Part shown: in pieces, positions 13,583 through 26,399 of the stretch | Layout: each line of letters begins with the position of its first letter | Position numbering within the stretch: the first letter of the stretch is position 1 | DNA from: Octopus vulgaris | Lineage: Eukaryota | Reading direction: 5' to 3' | Assembly (NCBI GenBank): GCA_951406725.2 | Contig: OX597837.1 | Location: 18,290,001 to 18,354,000, forward strand | Length of the DNA: 64,000 nt | Position numbers and translations under genes: made by a program | The notes under the pieces: model-generated | Seen by the model: the letters and a program-made list of their open reading frames with translations, nothing else | Told to the model about the DNA's origin: nothing | Database searches by the model: none

Positions 13583-13738
13583 TCATCAACAGTGAAATGC
13601 CCCAGACTAATGTATCACCAGCTCCCCAAACCTCAAAGCCATCCTATAACACACCAATAAAAGAGGAAGTTACTCCATCAAGCATTGTTAACCAAGATGC
13701 ACGGCAGCTGTGTGCCCGGTTTAGAGCAACTGTTGGAC
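13583..13738 (+). CDS. NCOA/Taiman-like coactivator exon; IINSEMPQTN...RFRATVG
   Basis: Acceptor ctcctattgcag, donor C|gtgagt, 156 nt, phase 1-1. Confidence 0.85.
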
Positions 13739-14029
13739 GTGAGTTTCTTTTGACTATAACCAGACATTCATTTAGCCAGCCTGCAATAGAAATAACTTTG
13801 TTTACTCTTAAAGAATTGAGAAGTCATTTCTACAATCTCATAAAACTTCTGCTAACTTCAGTACTTTGGTTAATTGTTCTAAAAGTATAATTTGCTACAA
13901 TTTAATATTGTCGTAATATCCATCCATCTTTTCCACCCACTATTTCATAGAAGATCATGGGGTAGAGTCCTCAGGCACCCTCTTCATAGGGTCCTATCAG
14001 AGGTAACCATCATTACACTTTCAGGTTAG

Positions 14030-14560
14030 ATTCTTACACATGATCAAATAAGACTATGGTTATTATCCAACCATCTCCCTTTTGGTCTACCCCTACATCT
14101 CCCTTGGTTCAACTTGAAGAATCCATCTTGCAATCCTTTTCAGTGACATTCTAATTACATGTCCATAATACTGGAGCTGTGACCTCTCAATGCGGAGAAG
14201 TAGTAGCTCAAATTGGGGAGATTTCCAGGCTATGCACCCTATCAGGTAACGTTAATTCCAGAGATTCTTTGGAGGAGTCTTATTTTGACCACATACTATC
14301 ATACTCTTTCAACCATTGTTCAACATTCATGACCATAAGTGAAGATAGGCACAAAAACTGAATTGAAGATTGTAAATTTTTTTCCCAACCTCTTCTTTTC
14401 TGAGGATTGAATGCTTTAAAAGGTGCATTATATGCCAGCACTTACAATTCTAACATCTAATTCAGCCGTCTGCCTCCCATCACTCATGAATATGGCCCCA
14501 AGATAATTTAATTTCTCCACTTACCTCAGTAATGTTTCTCTAGCATGCAGAATGCACTGA
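14030..14560 (-). mobile_element. Highly decayed RTE-like LINE 3' fragment (intronic)
   Basis: Minus strand reads GRCRGRPKGRWLDN near 14062-14104. Confidence 0.45.
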
Positions 14561-15319
14561 GAAGATTTTCTTCAGATAATCAATAATATAAAAGATATAA
14601 TTTACTGTAAAAAAAAAAAATGCTTTATTATACAAGTTTTAAGATGGACAAAAGAAAATGCAATACTGATTTCACAAGTGTTTACCAGGTTTCTGTTTTC
14701 TAAAGTTGTTAAGGCTGTAAAATTCAAGTGATGTAGGAATATTAATGGAAGGACAAGAGAACTTCTATGTGGTCAATTTAGCTGCTTAGAGTTAACAGCT
14801 AGTAAAACCCTACTGTCCTAAAAAATGAAAAAGAAGGATCTGTTGGATGGTCACTAACTGAAATTCCTTTGATCATAAGTTTTTTTTCTTCCAATGAAAC
14901 AACAATAATAGTGAAAAGTTTAGCAGTTTCCTACATCTATTAATGGCAATAGTTATACAAGGAGCAGGGTTATCTATAAATAGTTTTGGTAGGGTTGTGA
15001 TGTTTATGTTGGGTGTTATTGACAGTGGAAATAAACTGTAGCTGTCTTTGCTTACATTGACAACTAATTACAATTGGATAAGATTGTAATCCCATCCACA
15101 TCCCTATTAATATTTTAATATTTCTCTTTTCAATTTTACTTTTGTTTTTCCTTTGTCTCTTATGTTTATATTTTGTTTTGAATTAAAGTATCTTGTATAA
15201 ATTATATGACTCATAATTATTCTCATAATTATTTCAAAATATCTATATTTTATTTTAAAATATCCGAATTGTAATGGTAATAAAATTTAAAACTGAAAAT
15301 CTATCAATGTTGAAGCACC

Positions 15320-15950
15320 TCAGGGTAAATAATATTGTGTAATTTTTTGTTGGTGTCCAAATGAATAAATTGTTGCTGCTTCCAACTTGTGTGCAACTAC
15401 TTTGAGGGATTGTCCCTGAAATTTGTTAATTGAAATACCCAAACTTAGTTTGACTGGAAACTGAAGCATCTTAAATTCAAATGGAACATCTATAGGTATG
15501 AGAGGAATTTTTGGAATAAAGACATTTTCTTCTTTGTTACTACCTGTTATGATTGTTGCCTGTAAGGACATGGGGCTTCATGGAAGTAACAATTAAGCCA
15601 ATTCCATTACACAGGTGAGATGGATCATGATTCCTAAGCAACATAATATGAGCGCCCAGTTTTTGTGTCAAGTTATGCGGTGGCATTCCAGTGGGTTTAA
15701 GTGTGTTCAGAAATTCAACAGGGTATTGAACAGCTTGTTCTTGATCGACTGTTTGAATTGATGGAAAAGTCATTTCTGATGTATCTGTTAACTTTTGAAG
15801 AAGTTCATGATAGAGTTTATCAATCATTTCATTAGTTGGAGCAGTACAGCTCTTTCCCATAGCCAGTTTACATCAGTGTAATTGGCATAAATTTGGAAAT
15901 ACTTTATCCATAAGATCCCTGAGAGAAAGTATCATTTGATCGCATGTAGT
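15320..15950 (-). mobile_element. Helitron Rep/Hel PIF1-like helicase C-terminal fragment (intronic)
   Basis: YPVEFLNTLKPTGMPPHNL..KLGAHIMLLRN..LCNG and FIPKIPLIP..PFEFKMLQFPVKLSLGISINKFQGQSL; frameshifted. Confidence 0.85.
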
Positions 15951-16802
15951 ATCATGTAGACTCTAACATATAAAAATTATCACACATAGTCTGACATACA
16001 CTCACATACAGATACTAAAACAGACACAGAGAGCCATACGTTCACACACCCTCTCACATACTGTCAAACACATATACTTCTCAGTCATCAGCCTAAAGTA
16101 CATAAGAAACATGCAAACACACTCATAGAAAATGTGACTTCGTTGTGGTATAAAATGTTTATGATAGTTGACTTATAGAAAGATTATAATGTTAGTTTTG
16201 TAATGCAAATATATAAATGAAAGTAAAGTTTATTTGGTAGCTGAAAGATTACCCAATCTTGATACTCCATATGTCAAAATCGGCAACTAAGTTCTCGAAT
16301 ACATAAGCAATACACACACAAACTCTGCTTTATATATATATATATATAGATAAGGAACATATGCACACACACACGCTGCTTTATATATATTGATAATAAC
16401 CCCTAATTACTCAGTGGTTCTCTCCCTGTGATGAGGGGTTAACTGTAAAGAGGTGGGAGTACAATTAATTGAGTTCATTTATTTTTCTAGAATGTTAGTC
16501 AACAGTGTTAACATTGATATTAAAATGTTTTGTGGAGCAAATATTGAAATTATAATTCTTTGACATTTAGACACCTCAACAATAATATAATTTAATACAG
16601 TAACCTGAAGGTCACTAAAGGTGAGATATTTTGTTAAATATGTGTTTAACTTTCTAGTATTTTAAACCAGCTAGATGTTGCCCACATATTCTATTTACCT
16701 GTTTTATGTTCAAAGCAGCTAGAATTGTCCTCTCACAAAGAAGTTTTACAGTTATTTCTATTTCCTTATGTGACTTTCACTTGAATTTCATTTCAATTTC
16801 AG

Positions 16803-16963
16803 CCAATGGTGACAGTAGTAAAGCTGATGCATTATTCCGAGCTCAGTTGTTGAGTGGAACTAATAACAATCGAGGAGGCAGCCAGTCTCCAGTTAAAGGT
16901 GTTCTACCCCAATCTCCAAATATGAGTGGTAATATTGTCAATGTTATACAAGGTGAACATAGG
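16803..16963 (+). CDS. NCOA/Taiman-like coactivator penultimate exon; PNGDSSKADALFRAQLL...GEHR
   Basis: Acceptor tttcaatttcag, donor AGG|gtgagt, phase 1-0. Confidence 0.85.
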
Positions 16964-18735
16964 GTGAGTAGAGTTTCACATATCAATAGCTGTTGGGTGT
17001 TTCTAGATTTCTCAACATTATTGTTAGTAACATATTAAATTTCTTTTTGCATATTTAATTTCTATTTACCGCATCTTTAGAAATAAAACTTATTTTGATA
17101 TTATATCTATACTATAGTTCAATCATTATCAGTTATACCTGGGTGACTATCTAGGACCACACTGTGTTATTACAACAACTGAGGTTGCCTAAGAATATCC
17201 TGCTGCACACATAACATTTGAACTAAATTAAAATATAGCACAGATTCATTGTTTTAAGTTGAATCTATGAAAGAATGGCTAGAAAACGAGAACTGCACCA
17301 ATAACATCATACACAATTACAGCAGATATAATATAAGAAGAAACTGGGTTATCTTTTAAACACAAAATAGAACATAGAGCTTTAATAGATAAATGTCTTA
17401 AGTTTGGAATGAAATATCCATTGCACAGTATTTTAAGCAGAGTGTCTTCTGCGATAGGTCCAGACTGATTAGTGACTTGTAAGGGAATTTCGTAGGTGGA
17501 AACTGAGTAGACCCAATTTCATGTAGGTGAGAGGGTGTTTATACTTTTGTCTTGCAACTTGACAACTGGTGTTTGTCCTTGTACAGCAAATAGAGACTAG
17601 AGGATTAAGTGTTGTGGTTAATTTGATCAACTAAAGCTTTCAAGGTGCTGTCACAGCATGACCACAGTCCAATAGTAGAAACAAATAATAAAAAATATAT
17701 AAAAATGATACAGATTGCTGAAAAACCACTGATGCCTAACTAAATATGACTGCTTTTACTGGAAAATAAATGTAAAATAACATAAAAATGTATCAATGAA
17801 TAAATGTGTGTTAATGGACAAATATTTAGAAATATAGATTCAAAGTTCAAATTGAATCAAGTACTATATACACATCCAGGAATAAAACACCTGATAATCA
17901 GAGAGGAAAACATAATGAAAATGTAAATATTAGAATGTTTTTCATTTAGACACCAGTGTTATTTTTTTTAAATAAATCTGTTAGGTATCTTTAATTAGTA
18001 TTTTTCTTTGTGTTGCTGTATAATAAACATTGCACATTCCATTTCGTAGTGTTTGATGGTATAGAATGCAAGCTGACAATACTGGGGGAGGAAGTGTTCC
18101 TACAGCGTCCATCTCAGTAGCAGAGTACAATGTTTATATTAAGAATGTACAGCATGTATTTACTAACGAAAGATAATAGACTGTGATGATACAGTAGTGA
18201 TAGTAGTTACGAGGGGTTAGCTGTAAGGAGGTAGGGGTACAATTAATTGAGTTCATTCATTTTTCTAGAACATTAGTCAATATTAGCAGGATTTGAATTC
18301 AGAGCATTATAAATGGCAGGCTCTTATTGATTTTGGTGTATCAGCATCCAGTCGTTTGACCAACTGGACAACCTAGTTATTGAATTTGTGTGAAAAATGG
18401 TTGAATATTCCTCAGTTAGTCTCCAGTACAATCAATGTGACAATGCTGCATTGTAGAATTATGAGTTCCTTCAACAGGATTCTATATAGTTTCTGTCCAT
18501 ATTAATTTATTCACAGAGCTGTGATAAATGCACTTACCCAGCATGCTACAAGGTAAACTTCTTAACCACTCAATTTTGCATCCATAGTATCTATTTAAGG
18601 TACTATAAAGCAAATAGTCTACATTTCGTATATAAACCGAATGCTTCTAGTGTAGTTTAAGAGATGGAATAAGTGGGATTCTGTATATTTTGTCATGTGT
18701 AATTATTTCTTACCTTGTTTCCTTATTACTTGCAG

Positions 18736-18813
18736 CCATGTGAAGATAGAAAAGCAGATTCAAAAGGAGGAGGAGGAAGTCTTCTGGAACAGTTACTGTC
18801 AGATAAATGTTAA
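18736..18813 (+). CDS. NCOA/Taiman-like coactivator terminal coding exon; PCEDRKADSKGGGGSLLEQLLSDKC*
   Basis: Acceptor ttacttgcag, phase 0, TAA at 18811-18813. SLLEQLLSD matches the C-terminal SLLQQLLTE-type LxxLL of NCOA1/Taiman. Too short for the ORF track. Confidence 0.9.
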   Translation, partial: PCEDRKADSKGGGGSLLEQLLSDKC

Positions 18814-20256
18814 CACAAATCAAATGTTTATATTAAAAGGAAAAAATTATTCAAAAAAAATACCGAAAAAGACCAAAAATTGAGGCCAGTGATTGTTAAT
18901 GAACTAGTCTTTGCATTTCCTGCCTAGTGATTGTTATCTGGACAACCCTGGGAGTTTGTCAGGCTGAAGAGAGATCTATTGACACCAGCTCTCCGCAGAT
19001 GTCAGTTGCTCTAATAGTGATGTTAAAGCCAGCTCACTCCAACCACTCACTCAAGAATGTGATGGGTTAAGTTTAGCCCTATCTTAACTTGCCGACCAGA
19101 ACGGTGAGACCAATGACACTGCCAACAGCAGCAAAGCTTTCCTGAACACAGCCAAGTTGATAGACTTGCTTCAGTCTAATGACAACTTGAGAAAGCTTAA
19201 GACAGAAGAAATAAATATTAATAAGAAATATTGATAATAATATTAATAATAATTATAATAATATATTAATAATAATAATAATATAAATAAAACACAAAAA
19301 AATTGTTTATCCTTTTTCTGTTGAAACATTGAAAAAAAAATTCAAACACACCGCCAAGTCGGATGATCACTTCACAATTTCAAATAAAAATTTTTAAAAT
19401 ATATAAATAAAATATGAAAGAATGAAAAAGAAAAAACTGGGGGTAAGTAAACCGATTGAGGCTGTGTACAGGGGGTTTGTTGGTTGTTGTATTGCAAAGT
19501 GCCTGCAGCTCAAGTCTACTCAGTGCCACTGCCCTCACCTTTTTATTATTTTGAGAATATGTAACCATGACAGTTTTCTCTCTGCCCCTCTCTTTCTCTA
19601 CTCCTCTTTCTTCTTCTTCAACCATAAATCTGTTACAATTTCTCATTGGAGAACAAAAACCTAACAAAGGTCTTCATACATGTACACACACATACACACA
19701 TGTATATATGAATAAGACAGACAAATGAAGATTCCATAGTGGGGGGAGGAAGTGTGCACTGCCAGAAGGAAACAAAAATAGGTGTGTGTCTATCTATCTA
19801 TCTATCTATCTATCTCATATATATATATATAGATAGATACATTCACACACATAAATTCACACACATACATATACACACACATACATACACAGATTCTGAG
19901 GACTCTGCAGCTTCTCTCGGGTTTAATGCCATCAACACTTGTTTGGCAGAGATCAGTTTTTGTTTGTTAATGCACCCCAACCCATTCACTCTCTAAACCC
20001 CCATTCCCTCTCTCTTTTGACCTCTACCCTCCACCCCAATGTTTTAAGTGATGTAAAATGTACAGAAAGTAACAAAAACTGTGACACTGCATTGATAATG
20101 AAAGTTAATTGTTAAAATAAATCTGTTTCACTGATCATGCCTGAATATACAACAAAATTTCTATTAATCTGTTGTATAAAATTTCCATGTATGTAAGTAA
20201 ATCTTTGTGTGCATGTGTGTGTGTATATTTGTGTGTGTATGTGTGTGTTATATGTT

Positions 20257-20288
<32 letters not shown>

Positions 20289-21850
20289 CTGTTTTATTTA
20301 TGTTATATACACTCATTTCTACTCACACTCACTAGTAAATATTCTTTAACCTGTTAAGGCACATTGTAAGGGAACATCTGGTTTCCTTGCTGCCTTCTCC
20401 ACTGACCCATGGGAAGATCTGAGCTCAGTACTGCAGACCAACAGAACACTTTACATAGTGCTTCTGTTAGTCATCTTAGCAGTGCACTTGCCTCCACATG
20501 GAACTGATGAGCAGTCAGTTAAGTGTCACTTTGTCAAGTATACAGTTTTGCACTATTGACAGGATACGTTCATCTACCTGCCATTCATTAAATATAGTAG
20601 ATTAACGAGTTGTCAAGGTAAGCATGTATACAATATACAGCGATGTGAATGTGTTTGTTGTAATATATATATGTGTGTGTGTGTGTGTGTGTTTTAGAGT
20701 ACAGATTGCTATGGTGTAACATCACTCAGTGTATGAATGGAAATGTGTGGGGCGGGGGTAACAACAACAATTATGATTCCAGCTGCCCTGGTAATAATAT
20801 TCACGTTTTGTTGTTATGTTTAATTTTCCTTTATTTTACTTCATTTTTTTTAATGTCTCTTTAAACAATGGGAAAAGACTTTAACAACGAATTTTATTGA
20901 TAAGCCTCCCTCATAATGATGGTTCCCCCCTCTCTCTCTCTCTCTAACTTCCCCTTTTATCTGAAATATATTTATTGCCAAGTTACACGACAGCTCACAT
21001 ACAAACACACACACACAGACATACACACACATGCCATGTACAGAATTGGTTCATAAGTTAAACACAGACAGATATATAAACTGCAGTTTGACTACATATA
21101 TTTGTACAGAAAGTATTTAGCACAGTTATACTAAATTTTTATCAGGTCTCCTTCCCCCCACACATACATACACATACAAACACCTCTCTATCTCTTTCTC
21201 TCCTTCTCTCCCTCTCTCTTAAATGTTCTATTAATCTTATTTCACCATGTTTCCTAATATCAAGATTTTTCAACAAAAGGAGAAAAAGAAATTAAAAATA
21301 CTGAATTCACATTTTATGGAATTTTATCTGCAATTCTCGAATATTAAAAGAAAATTTTTTCAAAAACAAAAAAGGAAAACTCCTCCAGCCCCCTCCCCAC
21401 AACAAACTAAACTTGAGCCCTATGTTCAGAAGACTCGATTTATATGTTGAAAAATCCTTCAAAAAATATATTTTGGAATTGTTCATGTACATACTAATGT
21501 TGCCTTTTTGTCTTAAAAGTGTCTATTTCTTGTGATTGTATAGTTTTGTCTTACTCCCAGCACCCTAACCAACTCCCACTCAGCAGTTGGCTGGGGGTGG
21601 TGGAGAGAGAAGAAAGCTCTCCCAAGCTTGTTATCAAAGTGATCATTATAATAATTATGTAAAAAAAAAAAATTTGTTTTTTTTTTTCTTTCTTTTCTAT
21701 CTTTTTGTGCAATTTTTCTTCTCACTGGTCTTCTTTCTCATAACAATGCCGGTAACTTATTTATCTGACACATCAGCTCACAACTCTGCAAGAAAACAAC
21801 TGGAGATTTATTTTGTTTCTCATTCATTTTTGAATCAATAGAATGTTCAT
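18814..21850 (+). other. Probable long 3' UTR of the coactivator gene (end uncertain)
   Basis: Stretch with no recognisable transposons, rich in microsatellites and A/U runs, after the stop; several AATAAA (e.g. about 19286, 19383, 20116). Confidence 0.45.
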
Positions 21851-23479
21851 GAAAGATTCATTGGTGTAACACTGGAGTTTATTAGTGAAAAATGAAATCA
21901 GGCAAGGAAATATAACTGAATTTAAAAGTGAAAAATAGCTTCAGCTGTGGGATATTCTGCTACATATATTGATTCTGCTTTATCATCGAGATAGTTCACA
22001 GTTGAACTATCTTCATCAGTTTTGTTAATTAGTGACAATTCAGGCAATTAACATCTCTTTCACTCTCCCTGAAATCTCACACATTCTGCTAGATTACTAT
22101 TTTAATTACCATTGTCACGTTTTCACATTATTAACTCATTTACTCTGACACACTCCAGTCTCTGGCGCCATAGGTATGCTCGTCCCCCGTCCCACCCGGT
22201 CATTGTATTGGCCTCTGCTACTGAACTGGCTGATCTCACTGCATCCACTCAGGTGCTCCCAACTCATTTGTCTCTCTTCATCTCCAAAAGTTGACCCTCT
22301 GAACTTGGTAACTCCCCTGGCCACCCAGACTCCAGTTGCCTTATCAACATAACATGTACCAACCAAAAGAGATGTAACATGTTTACATATGTTTGATTAT
22401 TCTCAATCATTCAGCTGCAGCTCACCTTTCAAGAGACTAATCAAATACAAAACAAACTGACACGTCCACTTTGGTTCCTAGCAACCAGTCAGAATACTAA
22501 AAATTATAATCACCTCACAGTTGGAGCAGAAGCTGATTATTTTCCCCCATGTCTTTTAGTCCTTGTTCAAGGTACTTTAATCAACTCTACCCAATATCCT
22601 TCTCTAAAAAAAATATTTGGTTAAAAGTAGAAGTAAATCTCGGTATATTATGGCAGCTTACATTTGGACTTTCATCTTTCTGTAGGCATTGAACACTAGT
22701 TACAAGGTAACCATCATTTTTACATCTGCTGTTTCCATGTTGGCATGCATTAGATGAGACTTGTGGAGGCAGTATTCTTCAACTGGATAACTTTCCTGGC
22801 ACCAACCTTTGTTTTTCAAATTGGATACTTAATTCAATAGCATCACAAACAGCCGCTTTTGGTTCTGTGAGGTATAAATTTAGTTACCAGGAGCTGAAAA
22901 CAGTGTCAGTGCAAAGTTACACATGCAGCAGCAGCAGCATTTAACGTCTGTTTTCCATGCAGGCATGGGTTAGACAGCTTGATGAGCTGGCAAGCCAGAG
23001 AGCTGCATCAGGTTCCATCTGCTTTAGCATGGGTTCTCCAACACCAACCACTTTACAGAGTGTAATACTGGGTGCTTATGTAGCACACACACCAGCGGAG
23101 TAGCCTAGTAACAACTGGGCGAAAGAGTGGAGCTGGGAAATGGCTTTGTGCCAGGTGAGAGAGAGTATAATAGAGGAATAGATTGGTGTCTTACTGTAAG
23201 GATACTTGGCTATCCCAGTAGGAAAAGAGAGAGAAATAGGTCTTTGAGATGTAGTAGGAGGAAGTATAAGTTGTACAGAAGGGGATATTTAGAGATGGAG
23301 AAGAGGTGACTATAACAAATGATGGTGAGAGAAATTGGGATGGCTGGTGAGGGAGGCCTACAGTGGATAGTGATCTGAGGTGGGAGGAGTTTTGACAGAA
23401 GACAGATTGTGTGTGTAAGAGAAGAGTTATAGTCTGCCACTATTTTATTTAACTTTACATGTGTTTTCAAGCACAGCAA

Positions 23480-24690
23480 ATAAGTCTCATTTCCTCTGTG
23501 AAGCTCAACATCTGAAGATTGTTTCTCACAACTTCACAAGTCTTCCTGAATCTACTTCCCTCCACAATTTAAAGATCACTTCCTTATGCAGCTGTCCTCA
23601 TCCATGTGCATCACATGACCATTTCAGTGAAGTTCTCTCATGCACGCTACATCTAATGCACTAATTTTTCTCTTAAAACATGCTCTATCATACATGCATA
23701 CAACAGAGCACACATCCAACAGAGCATGCTGGCTTCATTTCTTTCAAGCTTTTGCATGTCTTCAGTAGTCATAGCCCATGTTTCACTGCTGTGTAGCATA
23801 GCTGTCCGAACACAGGCATCATGCAATTTGCCTTTCACTCTAATGTTTTTACCTTTTTTTTTTTTTAACGAACAAATGTAGCTCTCTGAACAAGGCCTAG
23901 CCTGTTCTTATTCCAGCAACTATGCTTTCAAAGCATTCTCCTCCACTGCTAACTTGGTCACTTAGGTAACGAAAGCTATCTACTATTTCTAAGGATCCTC
24001 CACAGACATTTGAGGAAGTTTATTTCCTATATATTCTTAGTGTTTATTGTACCTGCACACCTTCCACACACAAAGATTACTTTCTCTGTTAACCTTCCCA
24101 TGATACCACTGTACTGCTTATGTGTCCATAGCTTACACTGGGCACACCCTCTAGAATTTCTAAATATCAGGCTGGGTTATCTGCCTGAAGGGATTAGTAA
24201 TTTGTCTGCTTTCCTGTTTATTAGGCCTTTTGTCTTTGCTAAATTAACTCTAAGGCCCTTTGATTCCAGACCTTCCACATTTGAATTTTCTTCTCTCTTT
24301 GTAGGGACTCAGCTATAAGAAGAAGGTCATCAGTGTAGAGGAGCTCCCAAGGACAATCTGTCTTAAATTCCTCTGTTATGGTCTGGGCGTCTATGATACA
24401 CGAGGGGACTGACCCTTGGTGAACTACTTGTACACTAAATTCATTGCCAACTTTCACCTTACTGACAGCACCCCTGTACAAGACTTGTACAGCTCTCACT
24501 AGATACAGAAGCAGTGAACCTTGTTAAAGGCTTTCTCCATGTCGACAAAAGCCAAGTACAGAGGCTAATTATTTTGCTGAATGCTTCTCCTGCCATTGTC
24601 TTGCTAGGAACATAGCATCAGTAGTGCCTCTTTGTGACACAAAACGAAACAGCATCTCATCTAGGTTAACTCTCTCCCCGATTAGTTGAG
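23480..24690 (-). mobile_element. Old decayed RTE LINE fragment (RT to C-terminus)
   Basis: VHQGSV, ELLYTDDL, ACVRTAMLHSSETWA; homologous to the RTE copies at 27-30 kb and 48-50 kb. Confidence 0.85.
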
Positions 24691-25603
24691 TTGTGCCCCT
24701 TCCTCATACATTTATTACATACATATACATAACTGGCACCTGTACAGTTTCTCTACCAAATTTCACCCACAAGGTGTTATTCACTTAGTGTCTTGCAGTC
24801 CACACTTCCATACCTGCACCTGAAGTTCATTATTTCTGCTAAGTCCCACTACATAGAAATCGAATTTATTTTTTGAATTGGCTCGTCTCCATTCGTGTAT
24901 TGGGGTCAACAGATCATTGTCTTGAACCCAAAATGTTACAATCAGTTCTTAGTAAGGCATGTTGTCCTTTATGTAGCTGCTTTGAAAAGGAATGGGCATT
25001 AAAAGTTCTAATAATTTCCATTTTATCAGTCTATGGTATCCTTTCTATCTACATGTGTGTTCTCAACTGACTTATTTTTAAAAATGCATCATACATAGAT
25101 GTGTATGTGTGTACATGTATTTTACTTGTACACACATGTATACATCCATTTTTTTTTTTTCCATGCTGGTATGAATAGGATGAGACTTATAAAGGCTGTA
25201 TTCTATGACTAGATGCCTGTCCTGTTGTAAACTCTTCCCTCTTTTTCTCAAGTAAAGCTTTTTTCACATGCTGAAACTGACAAACAATGAGGGTTATTCT
25301 TTACCACAGATGTAATCAGTTGTACTTTCGGTGACTACGTAGACATGAAACAACATTCACTTACATTTGTACATAAATATTTGTGTGTGTGTGTGTATAG
25401 AGAGACAGCCAGACATACATATCTCAAGAAGCATCAGTACAGTTTCTATTATCATTTTACATTTACCTTTTGTGTCTTAGTTTGCATGGTTTCTACTGCT
25501 AGCTGCCCCTTCTGACAGTGGATTACATGGTAACCAGTGAAGTTGCCACATAACTCACAAATCTAAAGAGAAACCCCTCCCCTATGGTAGCTTTTTGTGA
25601 GTA

Positions 25604-25669
<66 letters not shown>

Positions 25670-26399
25670 TACACACACACACACACACACACTCTCTCTC
25701 TATGGTTTAATGGCTCTACTAATTGATGATTAATAATTTCTAAGCGAGTCATAAGGCTAGAAATTTGGTGAGGAATGAAACAGTCAATTATATTATCTCA
25801 ATACTTGACTGGTACTTTGTTTTAGCAATATGAGGATGAAAGACAAAGTTGAACTTAGAATGTAAATTGGGATGAAATGCTGGTAAGCATTTTGTGTGGT
25901 GTGCTAATGATTCTGCTAGCTCACCACTTGTCTTCAGTATTTTTATGTAATACATACAGCTGTGATTTCATTCATTGTCACAGAAGGGGTGGTAGAGTGA
26001 TTAAACCAATTCGTATACACGAATGGTACATATAACGGGATGTCAGTAAGCATTATTAATCAACTGAACTCTGTGTTCTACATAGGCTTAATGTAATCCT
26101 CAGATGGAATCAAGAGTGATATATAGTGTATGACAAAGCTGAACCTTTCAATTACAGCTACAATCTATCCAATGACCTACACATTTTCTCTTTACTCAAT
26201 TTCACTCAGAAAGCTTGAGTCAACCTGACCCTATAATTGCTCAAGCTGCCCTACTATTTTTGTAAAGCAGTCTCAACTACACCTACATAATTAAGTGTGA
26301 CTAGTGTTGTGGATTTACAAGATAACTAGAACAGGAAACAAATGTTTTGGTGTTTACCTCTTTCCAATCTGCATTCAGATCACATTGTATTCAATTTGG

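Noticed and set aside
15320-15860. Host PIF1 helicase gene
   Set aside because: Frameshifted, intronic, antisense fragment with Helitron-type motifs.
21900-22480. Possible LINE endonuclease relic or extra exon
   Set aside because: No diagnostic motif or consistent splice phase could be established.
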